From Candidatus Latescibacterota bacterium (lineage in GTDB: Bacteria; Latescibacterota; UBA2968): a stretch of 64,000 bases of DNA. This document shows positions 1 through 8,920 of this stretch, one piece after another. The notes beneath the pieces were generated by a model. The model worked only from the letters and a program-made list of their open reading frames with translations, was not told the origin of the DNA and searched no databases. The position numbers were made by a program, and so were the translations under genes. The stretch spans positions 992,001 through 1,056,000 of the forward strand of contig OZ241986.1 in NCBI GenBank assembly GCA_965204375.1, read 5' to 3'. How positions within the stretch are numbered: position 1 is the first letter of the stretch; each line of letters starts with the position of its first letter.

Positions 1-368
1 CCAAGCGTTGAAGTGATTGCCAGGAGAGCGGGCATCGAGATAGCATCAGCGACACCGCCGAGAACTCGAAGAACGACCAGATGGACCCAATCGTTCGCAA
101 TCAGACACAAAAGGGATGAAACTGAACCGAGGGCTGTACCTACCAGAATGAGACGTTGCCGTGAGAAGCGATCCGCAAGGGCACCTGCGAAGAATTGGGC
201 GACTACCACTGTGGCAAGGGCCGCCGACACGACTATGGGTATCTGGTACGTTTTGGCCCCGAGTTCTGTGCTGAGTCTCGGCAATACGGGAAGGCTGACG
301 AGAGTACTGAGGAAGATGATGAACGCCATCAAGCCGATGGCATACATTCTATGCAGGTCAGATGTCAT
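1..368 (-). CDS. MFS transporter, 5' part (runs off window)
   Basis: Manual minus-strand translation from ATG 368: MTSDLHRMYAIGLMAFIIFLSTLVSLPVLP...GALADRFSRQR (MFS motif A, hydrophobic helices). Not in the ORF track. Confidence 0.85.
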   Translation of the reverse strand, partial: MTSDLHRMYAIGLMAFIIFLSTLVSLPVLPRLSTELGAKTYQIPIVVSAALATVVVAQFFAGALADRFSRQRLILVGTALGSVSSLLCLIANDWVHLVVLRVLGGVADAISMPALLAITSTL

Positions 369-446
369 TATCTATGCCTTGTCAATTAGCTACAGAAGAT
401 ATATTGAGCCGCCGATCCAAATCTCATAACGGTCTCAGCAGGCCGT

Positions 447-1439
447 TTACGTCGTTAAGATGTTGTCGATTGTCCGCAGTTCGTCCTCGGTGAAATTCAG
501 GTTGTCGAGGACACCGACGCTGTCCTCGATTTGTTCGGGGCGGCTAGCTCCACAAAGCGCCGTCGTGACCGCATCTTGTCGAAGGACCCAGGCGATGGCC
601 ATCTGGGCGAGGGTCTGACCGCGGGCGCAGGCGTGGTCGTTGAGCTTGCTGATTTTGCCGATGGTTTTTTCGTCGAGGCGATTTTTGAGCGGGTGACCCG
701 GGCGAGCGGCGCGGGAGTCTGTGGGAATGCCGTCCAGGTATTTATCCGTGAGCATGCCGCTGTTGAGGATGGAGAAGGCGATGCAGCCGATGCCTTCCTC
801 GCGCAGTACGTCGAAGAGGCCATTGTTTTCGGGTTGTCGGGTAAGCAGATTGTATTTGGGCTGATGGATCAGGCAGGGCGTACCTGAGTCGCGCAAGATT
901 TGCGCGGCCTCTCTGGTTTTACCGGGCGGATAATTAGAGATGCCAACATAGAGGGCGCGACCTGAACGGACGGCAAAATCGAGGGCACCCATGGTTTCTT
1001 CAAGCGGCGTGTCGGGATCGGGGCGATGGTGGTAGAAGATATCGACATAATCTACCCCCAGGCGTTTGAGACTTTGATCGAGGCTGGCAACGAGGTATTT
1101 CCGCGAGCCAAAATTGCCATAGGGTCCGGGCCACATATCAAATCCGGCTTTGGTGGAGATGATCAGTTCGTCCCGGTAGGGCGATAGGTCGAGTTGGAGG
1201 ATGCGACCGAGGGTCTCTTCGGCAGAGCCATAGGGCGGTCCATAGTTGTTGGCCAGGTCCAGGTGTGTGATGCCGTGGTCGAAGGCGGTGCGCACCGTAG
1301 CACGCCCGGTTTCAAATATATCGACGCCGCCAAAATTATGCCACAGACCGAGAGAGATCAGGGGTAGTTGAATGCCGCTATTGCCGCATCGTCTATATAT
1401 TATGTTATCGTAACGCGATTGGGATGGGAAGTCGGACAT
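447..1439 (-). CDS. gpr: Aldo/keto reductase, L-glyceraldehyde 3-phosphate reductase (YghZ/Gpr)-like
   Basis: YRRCGNSGIQLPLISLGLWHNFG, DLANNYGPPYGSAE, ISTKAG motifs. Start moved to ATG 1439 after an AAGGAG RBS. Confidence 0.9.
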   Translation of the reverse strand: MSDFPSQSRYDNIIYRRCGNSGIQLPLISLGLWHNFGGVDIFETGRATVRTAFDHGITHLDLANNYGPPYGSAEETLGRILQLDLSPYRDELIISTKAGFDMWPGPYGNFGSRKYLVASLDQSLKRLGVDYVDIFYHHRPDPDTPLEETMGALDFAVRSGRALYVGISNYPPGKTREAAQILRDSGTPCLIHQPKYNLLTRQPENNGLFDVLREEGIGCIAFSILNSGMLTDKYLDGIPTDSRAARPGHPLKNRLDEKTIGKISKLNDHACARGQTLAQMAIAWVLRQDAVTTALCGASRPEQIEDSVGVLDNLNFTEDELRTIDNILTT

Positions 1440-1523
1440 GAAGGCTCCTTTGCTATAGAATGGTTTGTTCACTCCTCATTAGTTGATCGCCGAAAGAATC
1501 GCCCGCTTGGAGGCGGTTAAACC

Positions 1524-1577
1524 AGCTAACGTGTTAGTGCCCCGAACCACGCAGCGGTTCGGGGCACTGTGTTAGCA
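1524..1577 (-). repeat. attC-like site of the higBA cassette
   Basis: AGCTAAC...GTTAGCA boxes around the 13-bp stem AGTGCCCCGAACC/GGTTCGGGGCACT, 23 bp past the higA stop. One spacer is shortened. Confidence 0.7.
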
Positions 1578-1600
1578 GACGTTGTCCTTCAAGGAACGAG

Positions 1601-1909
1601 TTACCCATCTCTATCCGGGTGCGGTCGCACTTCTCGCTCCAAGCGGTCCGATAGCTCGTCCTCTGCTACATCTAGTGCATAGTCCATCTGAATGCCCATC
1701 CAGAATTTGGGTGACATGTTGAAGTAGCGAGCGAGCCTCAGGGCCGTATCAGCAGTAATACCTCGTTTTCCCAACACAATCTCGTTTATACGTCGGGGCG
1801 CCACACCGATGGAGAGCGCGAGGTGGTTTTGACTCAGATTCATCGGCTTGAGGAACTCTTCCAACAACACTTCCCCGGGATGAACAGGAGCCAATTTCTG
1901 AGCACACAT
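1601..1909 (-). CDS. higA: HigA antitoxin (XRE HTH)
   Basis: PVHPGEVLLEEFLKP...RRINEIVLGKRGITADTALRLARYF. Confidence 0.95.
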   Translation of the reverse strand: MCAQKLAPVHPGEVLLEEFLKPMNLSQNHLALSIGVAPRRINEIVLGKRGITADTALRLARYFNMSPKFWMGIQMDYALDVAEDELSDRLEREVRPHPDRDG

Positions 1910-1921
1910 AGGTCTGTCTCC

Positions 1922-2203
1922 TTAGTGATAGTCCACAATCTCAACGTTGTAGGCATCCCCATTTCGCCAGGTGAAACAGATTCGCCATTGGTCGTTGATT
2001 CGAATGCTATACTGGCCTGCCCGATCGCCACGAAGTTTCTCGAGGCGATTAGCTGGTGGCACCCGAAGATCAGCTAATGTCGTTGAACGATTGAGCATGC
2101 GAAGCTTGCGAAGGGCGGTCTGTTGAATATCGCTGGGTAGCTTTCCAGATCGGGTGCGTTGGAATATTCGTCGGGTTTCTCGATCTCTGAAGGATCGTAT
2201 CAT
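1922..2203 (-). CDS. higB: HigB (RelE-family) toxin
   Basis: MIRSFRD...LRVPPANRLEKLRGDRAGQYSIRINDQWRICF...EIVDYH, upstream of higA. Confidence 0.95.
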   Translation of the reverse strand: MIRSFRDRETRRIFQRTRSGKLPSDIQQTALRKLRMLNRSTTLADLRVPPANRLEKLRGDRAGQYSIRINDQWRICFTWRNGDAYNVEIVDYH

Positions 2204-2213
2204 GCATACAATA

Positions 2214-2246
2214 TATAACGTTAAGCATTAAACGACAAGCGTTATA
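2214..2246. promoter_or_regulatory. Candidate higBA operator
   Basis: Inverted repeat TATAACG-N19-CGTTATA directly upstream of higB. Confidence 0.45.
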
Positions 2247-2294
2247 CTTGACGGAAATACAACCTATGGCGAAATTTGCTATAGAATCGTTTGC

Positions 2295-2744
2295 TCACGC
2301 CTCATCGCGTAATGCCAGATGAAAGCCATGCCAGTCATCGAGGTCATTGAGGTCGGTTCCGAGCCACTCTTTGCCAGACTGGGGCAACCCAAGAACCTCA
2401 AGCATTTCGCTTCGGCCAGGCTCTGGCTTGGGGAACGAGAGGATGCGTTCGTTGAATTGGTCAATCGCCTCCGGGGTCAGGCTTCCCGGTTTCGCATTTT
2501 CCTTCACCCAGGCCTCGAACGCCAGGTAGTCCGGTTGCGACGCGCTTACGAAAGCGACAGCGGTGGTCGAATCAATTCCCAGAGCGTCGAGTAGCAGGCC
2601 ATCGAATCCCCCTTCACCCGCTCTGTATTCATCTGCCAATTTGCCCTTTGCCGACAGACGCATTTTCAACCATAACCTCGGAAGATGAACTATGCCCAAC
2701 GGGCCTTTCGTCCGGGTGCTGATGAGTGGAATATATGTCTCCAT
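2295..2744 (-). CDS. DUF5069-like protein
   Basis: GPLGIVHLPRLWLK...FD...L..LGI motif, RBS AAGGAG. Confidence 0.65.
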   Translation of the reverse strand: METYIPLISTRTKGPLGIVHLPRLWLKMRLSAKGKLADEYRAGEGGFDGLLLDALGIDSTTAVAFVSASQPDYLAFEAWVKENAKPGSLTPEAIDQFNERILSFPKPEPGRSEMLEVLGLPQSGKEWLGTDLNDLDDWHGFHLALRDEA

Positions 2745-2837
2745 TGCGAGTATCTCCTTATTAGTGATTATTGTGGCCGAAGGCCGCAGTCAGCAAAATA
2801 GGCCGGTTTGGATCTCATAAGAAACGGTAAGGGGAGA

Positions 2838-3623
2838 TCAGTGCCGGGTTTCGACCGTCTTTCCGAAGCCTCCGTAGAGCGCGAACAGACCTTTCTTCCA
2901 AAGCACATCAACGCTCTCAAACCCGACTTTTGATAGCAGAGAGAGATGATGTGGAATATCCAATGGAGAATCTTCTATCAAAGAGTTCTTCAGGATCGGC
3001 TCAACTCTATCTTCTGGAAAGTTCCGTCGGAGCAACTCTGCCCAATCCTCGAATCCAAGCATGGTCAGTTCTGCTTTTGAGCCGTGAACGTGATCAAGGC
3101 ACAAAAAGCATCCGCCTGGCTTGATCCAATTGAGAATCCGTGTGTATAGACCCTCGTATTCCGATTCTAGCCTGCCATGACACAGCGCATACGATGAGAC
3201 CACACAATCGAACGAATCGGCTTCAAGTTGTACGTCATCATCAGCGAATAAATCCCCGGCAACGGTTCTGAACTCAGCACCGATCTCCTCCAGCTGTCTC
3301 GCTGCTTCCGTCAGAAGCTTTTCCGATACATCCACGAGCGTAACCTGGCTCTGGGGAAACCGCTCCAAAACAAGCTTCGAGAGCCTGCCCGTTCCAGCTC
3401 CCAGGTCCAGAACAGAAGGGGCGGGGGGAACAAGGGTGGCCATAGTTCGGAACATGAGATCGTGCGTGTACTGAAAGTCGGGTGAGACCTTGCTCGCATT
3501 TGGGAAAAAATTGAAAGCGTCGATCACATCCCGAAAACCTTGGTTAACCTGCTCCCGCGTCTCCTTGATGGCAATTCCTTGATCCAGCATATCCCGAATC
3601 TCTGAAAACGCATGATCGTCCAT
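2838..3623 (-). CDS. Class I SAM-dependent methyltransferase
   Basis: VLDLGAGTG, FDCVVSSYALCH, KPGG. Start moved to ATG 3623 (GGAGA RBS). Confidence 0.9.
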   Translation of the reverse strand: MDDHAFSEIRDMLDQGIAIKETREQVNQGFRDVIDAFNFFPNASKVSPDFQYTHDLMFRTMATLVPPAPSVLDLGAGTGRLSKLVLERFPQSQVTLVDVSEKLLTEAARQLEEIGAEFRTVAGDLFADDDVQLEADSFDCVVSSYALCHGRLESEYEGLYTRILNWIKPGGCFLCLDHVHGSKAELTMLGFEDWAELLRRNFPEDRVEPILKNSLIEDSPLDIPHHLSLLSKVGFESVDVLWKKGLFALYGGFGKTVETRH

Positions 3624-3678
3624 TCTAAGTCTCCATAATGTCTCTACGGTTCTGCTGTGTCCTCGCCTTCCTGCATGC

Positions 3679-4086
3679 TCAGTCACACGCTTGCTGCTCA
3701 AAGTTCCTCACGATCATTCCACGCGCTTTCTCGAAGCCAAGTCTTCCGTAGAATCTCTGGACCTCCTGGTCACAGATCAGGTCAATCATGTAGAGATCTT
3801 TGAGTTTTCGGACCATGCGTCTGACCAGATTAGATCCGATGCCTTTCTCTTGCCATTCCGGCAGCACCTCAAGATGTGGGATATAGGCGCACGAAACACC
3901 GTCCGATATGGCGCTGATGAAGCCAATCACCTTCCCCTCAGAAGAGACTGCAAGAACCACGTAGTCGCTTCCCTTTAGGATTCTTAGATGCGTCTCGGGG
4001 GAGGGAGGGTTAGGCCATCCGACAAAGAACCCCTTTAGGTTGTTTGATTCGATCCCGTCGGCAGTGTCTTGATATATAATCTGCAT
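3679..4086 (-). CDS. GNAT N-acetyltransferase, copy A
   Basis: LEVLPEWQEKGIG acetyl-CoA motif, FYGRLGF. Near-identical to 8352-8780. Confidence 0.9.
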   Translation of the reverse strand: MQIIYQDTADGIESNNLKGFFVGWPNPPSPETHLRILKGSDYVVLAVSSEGKVIGFISAISDGVSCAYIPHLEVLPEWQEKGIGSNLVRRMVRKLKDLYMIDLICDQEVQRFYGRLGFEKARGMIVRNFEQQACD

Positions 4087-4088
4087 TG

Positions 4089-5744
4089 TCAGCAGCGCCT
4101 CGCCAGGGTTGGAGACCAGTCACTGGAGAGCCAATCTTTCCATCGACGTGCCAAATCCATTCGCGCATCTCGCAGCGAGTTTGAATGGGGTATTTTCCCT
4201 GGTTCTGGAGGTGAGTTAAGCGGGAATTGCTGTCCTGTTATTGCTTCTAACGCATCTCTTCTGGCCGTGAAGTTCGCTACGCGACCCATTTGGGCGTCTT
4301 CTTCAAGGCCAGCGGCGATTTCTGCGGTAAAATCTGGATAAGCCATTCTTGCGGCCAGTAGAAGCGATTGATAACGAACATCTAAGCTCGTGTCGTTGAA
4401 GAGATTGGAGAATGACGTTTTACAATCGAGCCACAAATTCTGGCACTTTTGCAGCGAGTAAACGCCCGCCATCCGGACGTTCGGCGAAGCATCTCGGAAC
4501 GCGTCCTGTATATGGTTCGCGTTTATCTGATCCGGTTCGGTTGCCAGAGCACATAAGGCTGCTGTGCGAACCTCTGCTATAGAGTGTTTTACGTGCTTAC
4601 TTATTGGCTCTATTGCTTGAGGCGGGATGGCATCTCCAAGAAAAGAAAGGATTGCATCCTTCACTTCCTCATGATCAGTGCTGTTGAGTTTTGCCAATCT
4701 ATGCTGTAGGGGGCGGTTCCGCCACGATGACCAGTTTTGGAAGGGGGCAATCGAAGGCTCAGGGGTACTCTCTGTTTCTTTGATTGCCAGCGCATCACGC
4801 ACGGATACGAGGCCAGCACGCAGTTCTGACCATTGAGGTTCTTTCTTTGATGAAGCGATGAGCGCTGCTTTCATTTCCGAGGCTGTCCAATTGGGGTGGG
4901 CTTGCCACAAACAGGCGGCTGCTCCAAGCAGAATTGGTCCTGCGAAGGATGTGCCATTTGTGCGGGCATAGCCATCTGGAAGGCTGTCTATTTTCGCATA
5001 AAGGAGTTGCGCGATCTCTACATCAGGGAGGGCAATGTTCGCCGCAGGTGCCAGAATTTGAGGAACCCATTTTCCCTCAAATGTCGTTCCACGGCATCCT
5101 TGATACATTTCGGCTCGAGATGGATCTCCGCTCGGTGGGATTATGATGCCACCCACAGATAGCACAGAAGGGGATGCGGTCTGCGCTACAGAAGCAGTCT
5201 GGTCAGGTACATTACCCGATCCCGAGATGACAAGTACGCCTTTCTCGGCCAGTTCTTCGCACAAAATGCGAACCGGTTCCATCTGCCAGGGGAGAATGCC
5301 TGAGTCTGTCCGAAATGAGCGCGCTGCCATAACCGCTCGAATCTCGTACTTTCGCCAATTGTCCCGAACCCATTCCAGAGCTTTCATATCTGGTAAATAT
5401 TTATCAGGATTCGATTTATGCTCTGGGAAGTACATACCAATGAGAAACAGGTCTGCTTCTGGTGCTACACCTGTGTATAATCCCTGCGATGCAGCCCCTG
5501 ACCCAGCAGCACCAGCGGCGACACGCAGCGCGTGCGAACTACCTGCTGCCCAGGGTTCGGGTTCTGAATAAAACACTTCGGGGTGTGGTTCAGAATCCAT
5601 CACATGTACTATGTGGGTTGTACGGTGTCTATTTGTACTGATGTCGGGATGATTTGAAAATCTTCCATCGACAACAGCAATACGGACACCTTTCCCCGTA
5701 AGCTCAACAGGAACTTGCAGAAAGTCTCGCAGTGTTGGCCACAC
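4089..5744 (-). CDS. S8 subtilase with C-terminal HEAT-like repeats
   Basis: TGKGVRIAVVDG (Asp), SSHAL (His), GSGN, NGTSFAGP (Ser). C-terminal VRTAALCAL/VRMAGVYSL/VRYQSLLL repeats. No signal peptide seen. Confidence 0.85.
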   Translation of the reverse strand: MWPTLRDFLQVPVELTGKGVRIAVVDGRFSNHPDISTNRHRTTHIVHVMDSEPHPEVFYSEPEPWAAGSSHALRVAAGAAGSGAASQGLYTGVAPEADLFLIGMYFPEHKSNPDKYLPDMKALEWVRDNWRKYEIRAVMAARSFRTDSGILPWQMEPVRILCEELAEKGVLVISGSGNVPDQTASVAQTASPSVLSVGGIIIPPSGDPSRAEMYQGCRGTTFEGKWVPQILAPAANIALPDVEIAQLLYAKIDSLPDGYARTNGTSFAGPILLGAAACLWQAHPNWTASEMKAALIASSKKEPQWSELRAGLVSVRDALAIKETESTPEPSIAPFQNWSSWRNRPLQHRLAKLNSTDHEEVKDAILSFLGDAIPPQAIEPISKHVKHSIAEVRTAALCALATEPDQINANHIQDAFRDASPNVRMAGVYSLQKCQNLWLDCKTSFSNLFNDTSLDVRYQSLLLAARMAYPDFTAEIAAGLEEDAQMGRVANFTARRDALEAITGQQFPLNSPPEPGKIPHSNSLRDARMDLARRWKDWLSSDWSPTLARRC

Positions 5745-5822
5745 TATGAATTACTCCTCAAGAAGAGATGATTTTTTTGCGCGATTTTTCGGGTGTTGTG
5801 TTTCTCTTTTCGATTGGACATT

Positions 5823-6317
5823 TTACACAAAATCAGAGGAAAGCGCTCCCAAATATCCAACTCGCTTTTCGGGATCCCGGTATTGAATCAGTTCGTAGTG
5901 CCCAATCATAAATCCTTGTGCTTCCCAGAATTTCAAGGCTTCTGGATTGTCCCGTCGGACATTTAAATCGATCCGATCAATTCCCAGGCTATCGGTAATT
6001 TCTATGGCTGATTTTACCAGGAACGTCCCAATGCCTCTCCTGCGCCTGGCAGGAACAACGTAGAAGTCGTTTATCTCTGCTCTGGTGCCAGAGATGGAGA
6101 ATGAAATAAATCCCACTGGGGATCCTTCGCTTAGCCCCCAAAATACCCTTGTTTCAGTGCTGGACAGGGGAAATCGATCTGCGAAATACGAATCCCGACT
6201 ATCAGGTGTACATACCGTATCTGCATGTGGCATGATCTCCAGCCAGTAAGCTTCGACGAGTGGACGAAATCGGTTCTGGTCGGCTGGAATTACCCGTTCG
6301 AAATTGATGCGTTCCAT
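5823..6317 (-). CDS. GNAT N-acetyltransferase
   Basis: FYVVPARRRRGIG, N..ALKFWEAQGF. Confidence 0.9.
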   Translation of the reverse strand: MERINFERVIPADQNRFRPLVEAYWLEIMPHADTVCTPDSRDSYFADRFPLSSTETRVFWGLSEGSPVGFISFSISGTRAEINDFYVVPARRRRGIGTFLVKSAIEITDSLGIDRIDLNVRRDNPEALKFWEAQGFMIGHYELIQYRDPEKRVGYLGALSSDFV

Positions 6318-6366
6318 AATAAATCAGACTCGTTCTATATATCATTTCTGCCTATTAAATCGTCTG

Positions 6367-7116
6367 TTACACTTCCTCTATTTTGAAATACCTGTAGAAG
6401 TGCTGAATGCCGCATTCAGGCCGCAGAACCTCGTAGGTAAAGCAACGTTCGCATTTTTCAGGTGAGTCGGCTATGGCGATTGCGGTTTGGAACCGGGTAA
6501 TCGCCTCAATATCCGGGCGGAACCCGCCGCGCAGAAACTGACCCCACAGTGCCCAGAACTGAAGCTCATATCCAACAGGCTTGGCCGAAGCGAGGTACTC
6601 GGGTGGAAACAGACGGCGATAGGCATCGATGTTGTAGAGCCACGAGCCTCCACGCACAGTCTCTGCCTCCGTATGCCTCTCCCTTACGTCTCGAAGAAGA
6701 CGGGTTAGCTCACGATGTCTGACACCGACACGTTCAAGGCTCAGAGCGCCCTTCCCAGAAGTATCGGCGTTGCGAAAGTGAAGACGGACCGTGGGCTCGT
6801 CATGGAAAGGGTAGCTATACCAGAAGCACCCGAAGCCGTCCAGGGGATTGATCGATGGTTCGTCTTTCTCGCGTTCGAGATAGTGGTCGTAGGCCCAGCG
6901 ATCCGGCTCACTCGTATTTCGTAGTCCTCTCAAAAAGTTCTGCCAAGCCTCACTTTCTTGCGATGTCTCTTTTGTGACTCGAATGTTCAAAAGTGTCCGA
7001 AGGATTGTGCAGTCGATCAGGGTATCTTTCAGGGGGCTATGAGACAATTCGGACATACGTCTGGCAAAGGCCAGTTGGACCGAGATGAACTCATATGGTA
7101 GGCCGAGTTTGGGCAT
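6367..7116 (-). CDS. Hypothetical protein
   Basis: 249-aa ORF co-oriented with its neighbours. Its stop lies in GTTACAC (possible attC R-box remnant). Confidence 0.7.
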   Translation of the reverse strand: MPKLGLPYEFISVQLAFARRMSELSHSPLKDTLIDCTILRTLLNIRVTKETSQESEAWQNFLRGLRNTSEPDRWAYDHYLEREKDEPSINPLDGFGCFWYSYPFHDEPTVRLHFRNADTSGKGALSLERVGVRHRELTRLLRDVRERHTEAETVRGGSWLYNIDAYRRLFPPEYLASAKPVGYELQFWALWGQFLRGGFRPDIEAITRFQTAIAIADSPEKCERCFTYEVLRPECGIQHFYRYFKIEEV

Positions 7117-7212
7117 TTACGATGTACCTGAAAATACTGGAATAGACCTTTGCTTGGCGAAAAATTCCTTCAAACGACAATCCCAAGCGTTGGGCGGCCG
7201 CACGCGATGCTT

Positions 7213-8115
7213 TCATTGCACCTGCCCCATAGGCCATTCTGAGGTCGGCCTACCTTCCCAAGTTGATCGCCGAAAGAATCGCCCGCTTGGAGGACGGCTA
7301 AACCAGCTACTAATTGCGATTCCCCAAAAGTGCTCAAAGGATCTGTCTTTTAGATTCGCGTCACCGAAGTCGTAGTGCGACAGGACCTCGTCGAGGAATG
7401 ACTCTCCGTAAATCCAGAACCCATAGAAATCCTTAGCGGGATCCGTGATTTCGATGTCCCCCCAGTCTATAATCCCAGTAAGTCTTCCGGTCGAGGGGTC
7501 ATGATAGATGTGTTTGTACCAGAGGTCGTTGTGAGCCAGCACAGGCTTGTATGAATGATTGATGCTTTCACTTTTTTCGATCCATGCTTCGAAAACATCG
7601 CGGACCTCACGTTGAAGCTCATCTGCTCGTTCAGCGAATAACTCCTTCCACATCCTGCGTCGCCTAACCGATGCGTCGCCCTCTTCTACGCCGAGGCTCC
7701 GTGCCTTCGCGACCGGGTAGCTGTGGAGTTCGCTGATGAAAACACCCAGCCTCTGAGCGGCCTCGCTGCGGTTTGCCTTGGAAAGTCTCCAAAACCGCCA
7801 CGGCGAGAGTCGAGTCCCCGGAATTGTGTGGTATCCCGCAAAATCTGACGCCTCCGGCACGAATGCATAGTCGGGAATGGGAATGGCATTCAGCCTGCTT
7901 CTAAGTGCCCCCAGAACGGTTCGCTCCCGCGTCAGATTCGTATCTTCATCGTTCTCGAACCGGAAAGCGATGCCATTGTCCAACAGAATCATTACATGAT
8001 CGGGATCGGCAATGGTCTGAACTCTTCGGTAATTTTCCCACATGAGATATGGAAAGGCGTCTCTAATTCTCTCCAAGTAGTGGCTGGAAACCAATGGGGG
8101 CATGGGGGCCTCCAA
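7213..8115 (-). CDS. Aminoglycoside phosphotransferase (APH)-family protein
   Basis: LAHNDLWYKHI and GIIDWGD motifs. Confidence 0.9.
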   Translation of the reverse strand: MEAPMPPLVSSHYLERIRDAFPYLMWENYRRVQTIADPDHVMILLDNGIAFRFENDEDTNLTRERTVLGALRSRLNAIPIPDYAFVPEASDFAGYHTIPGTRLSPWRFWRLSKANRSEAAQRLGVFISELHSYPVAKARSLGVEEGDASVRRRRMWKELFAERADELQREVRDVFEAWIEKSESINHSYKPVLAHNDLWYKHIYHDPSTGRLTGIIDWGDIEITDPAKDFYGFWIYGESFLDEVLSHYDFGDANLKDRSFEHFWGIAISSWFSRPPSGRFFRRSTWEGRPTSEWPMGQVQ

Positions 8116-8120
8116 AGAGA

Positions 8121-8182
8121 ATTAACTGCCGCGATTTCCGCTAACGTTCTCTCGGGCTGAGAACAGCCGTAGGCAGTTAGGC
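8121..8182 (-). repeat. Degenerate attC-like palindrome
   Basis: CGCTAAC (8139) and ATTAACTGCC...GGCAGTTAGGC (to 8182), with an inner GTTCTC/GAGAAC stem. Confidence 0.4.
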
Positions 8183-8351
8183 GGAGGCGCGAATCCGATT
8201 TTTACCAGACCCGCGTCCCTTTGTATTCGAAATGAATCCCAAGCATTTCAATTATGTTCTGCAGCCTGATCAGTCATCTTGGTCATGAATTGCCTCTTTA
8301 GGTCTCCACAATGTCTCTACGGTTCTGCTGTGTCCCCACCTTCCTGCATGC

Positions 8352-8780
8352 TCAGTCACACGCTTGCTGCTCAAAGTTCCTCACGATCATTCCACAAGCT
8401 TTCTCGAAGCCAAGTCTCCCGTAGAATCTCTGGACCTCCTGGTCACAGATCAGGTCAATCATGTAGAGATCTTTGAGCTTTCGAACCATGCGTCTGACCA
8501 GATTAGATCCGATGCCTTTCTCTTGCCATTCCGGCAGCACCTCAAGATGTGGGATATAGGCGCACGAAACACCGTCCGATATGGCGCTGATGAAGCCAAT
8601 CACCTTCCCCTCAGAAGAGACTGCAAGAACCACGTAGTCGCTTCCCTTTAGGATTCTTAGATGCGTCTCGGGGGAGGGAGGGTTAGGCCATCCGACAAAG
8701 AACCCCTTTAGGTTGTTTGATTCGATCCCGTCGGCAGTGTCTTGATATGTAATCTGAATCGAAATTTGCTGCGCATCCAT
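8352..8780 (-). CDS. GNAT N-acetyltransferase, copy B
   Basis: 8302-8756 is a direct repeat of 3629-4083 (offset 4673). Confidence 0.9.
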   Translation of the reverse strand: MDAQQISIQITYQDTADGIESNNLKGFFVGWPNPPSPETHLRILKGSDYVVLAVSSEGKVIGFISAISDGVSCAYIPHLEVLPEWQEKGIGSNLVRRMVRKLKDLYMIDLICDQEVQRFYGRLGFEKACGMIVRNFEQQACD

Positions 8781-8920
8781 TATTTTTTAAGACAGTCCTT
8801 TCCTTTTATCCTGATATTATGACTCTCTTCAGCAGAGATCCAAATGGCGCTCCACTTGTATCAGTCAACCCATGTCGTCTTTGAAGTAAAAACCCTTATC
8901 TCGTCCTCCAGACTCTTTAG

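Noticed and set aside
13-429. Plus-strand 138-aa ORF and other overlapping shadow ORFs (e.g. 30124-30894, 59015-59611, 63129-63680)
   Set aside because: They are antisense or out of frame to well-supported genes and have no motifs.
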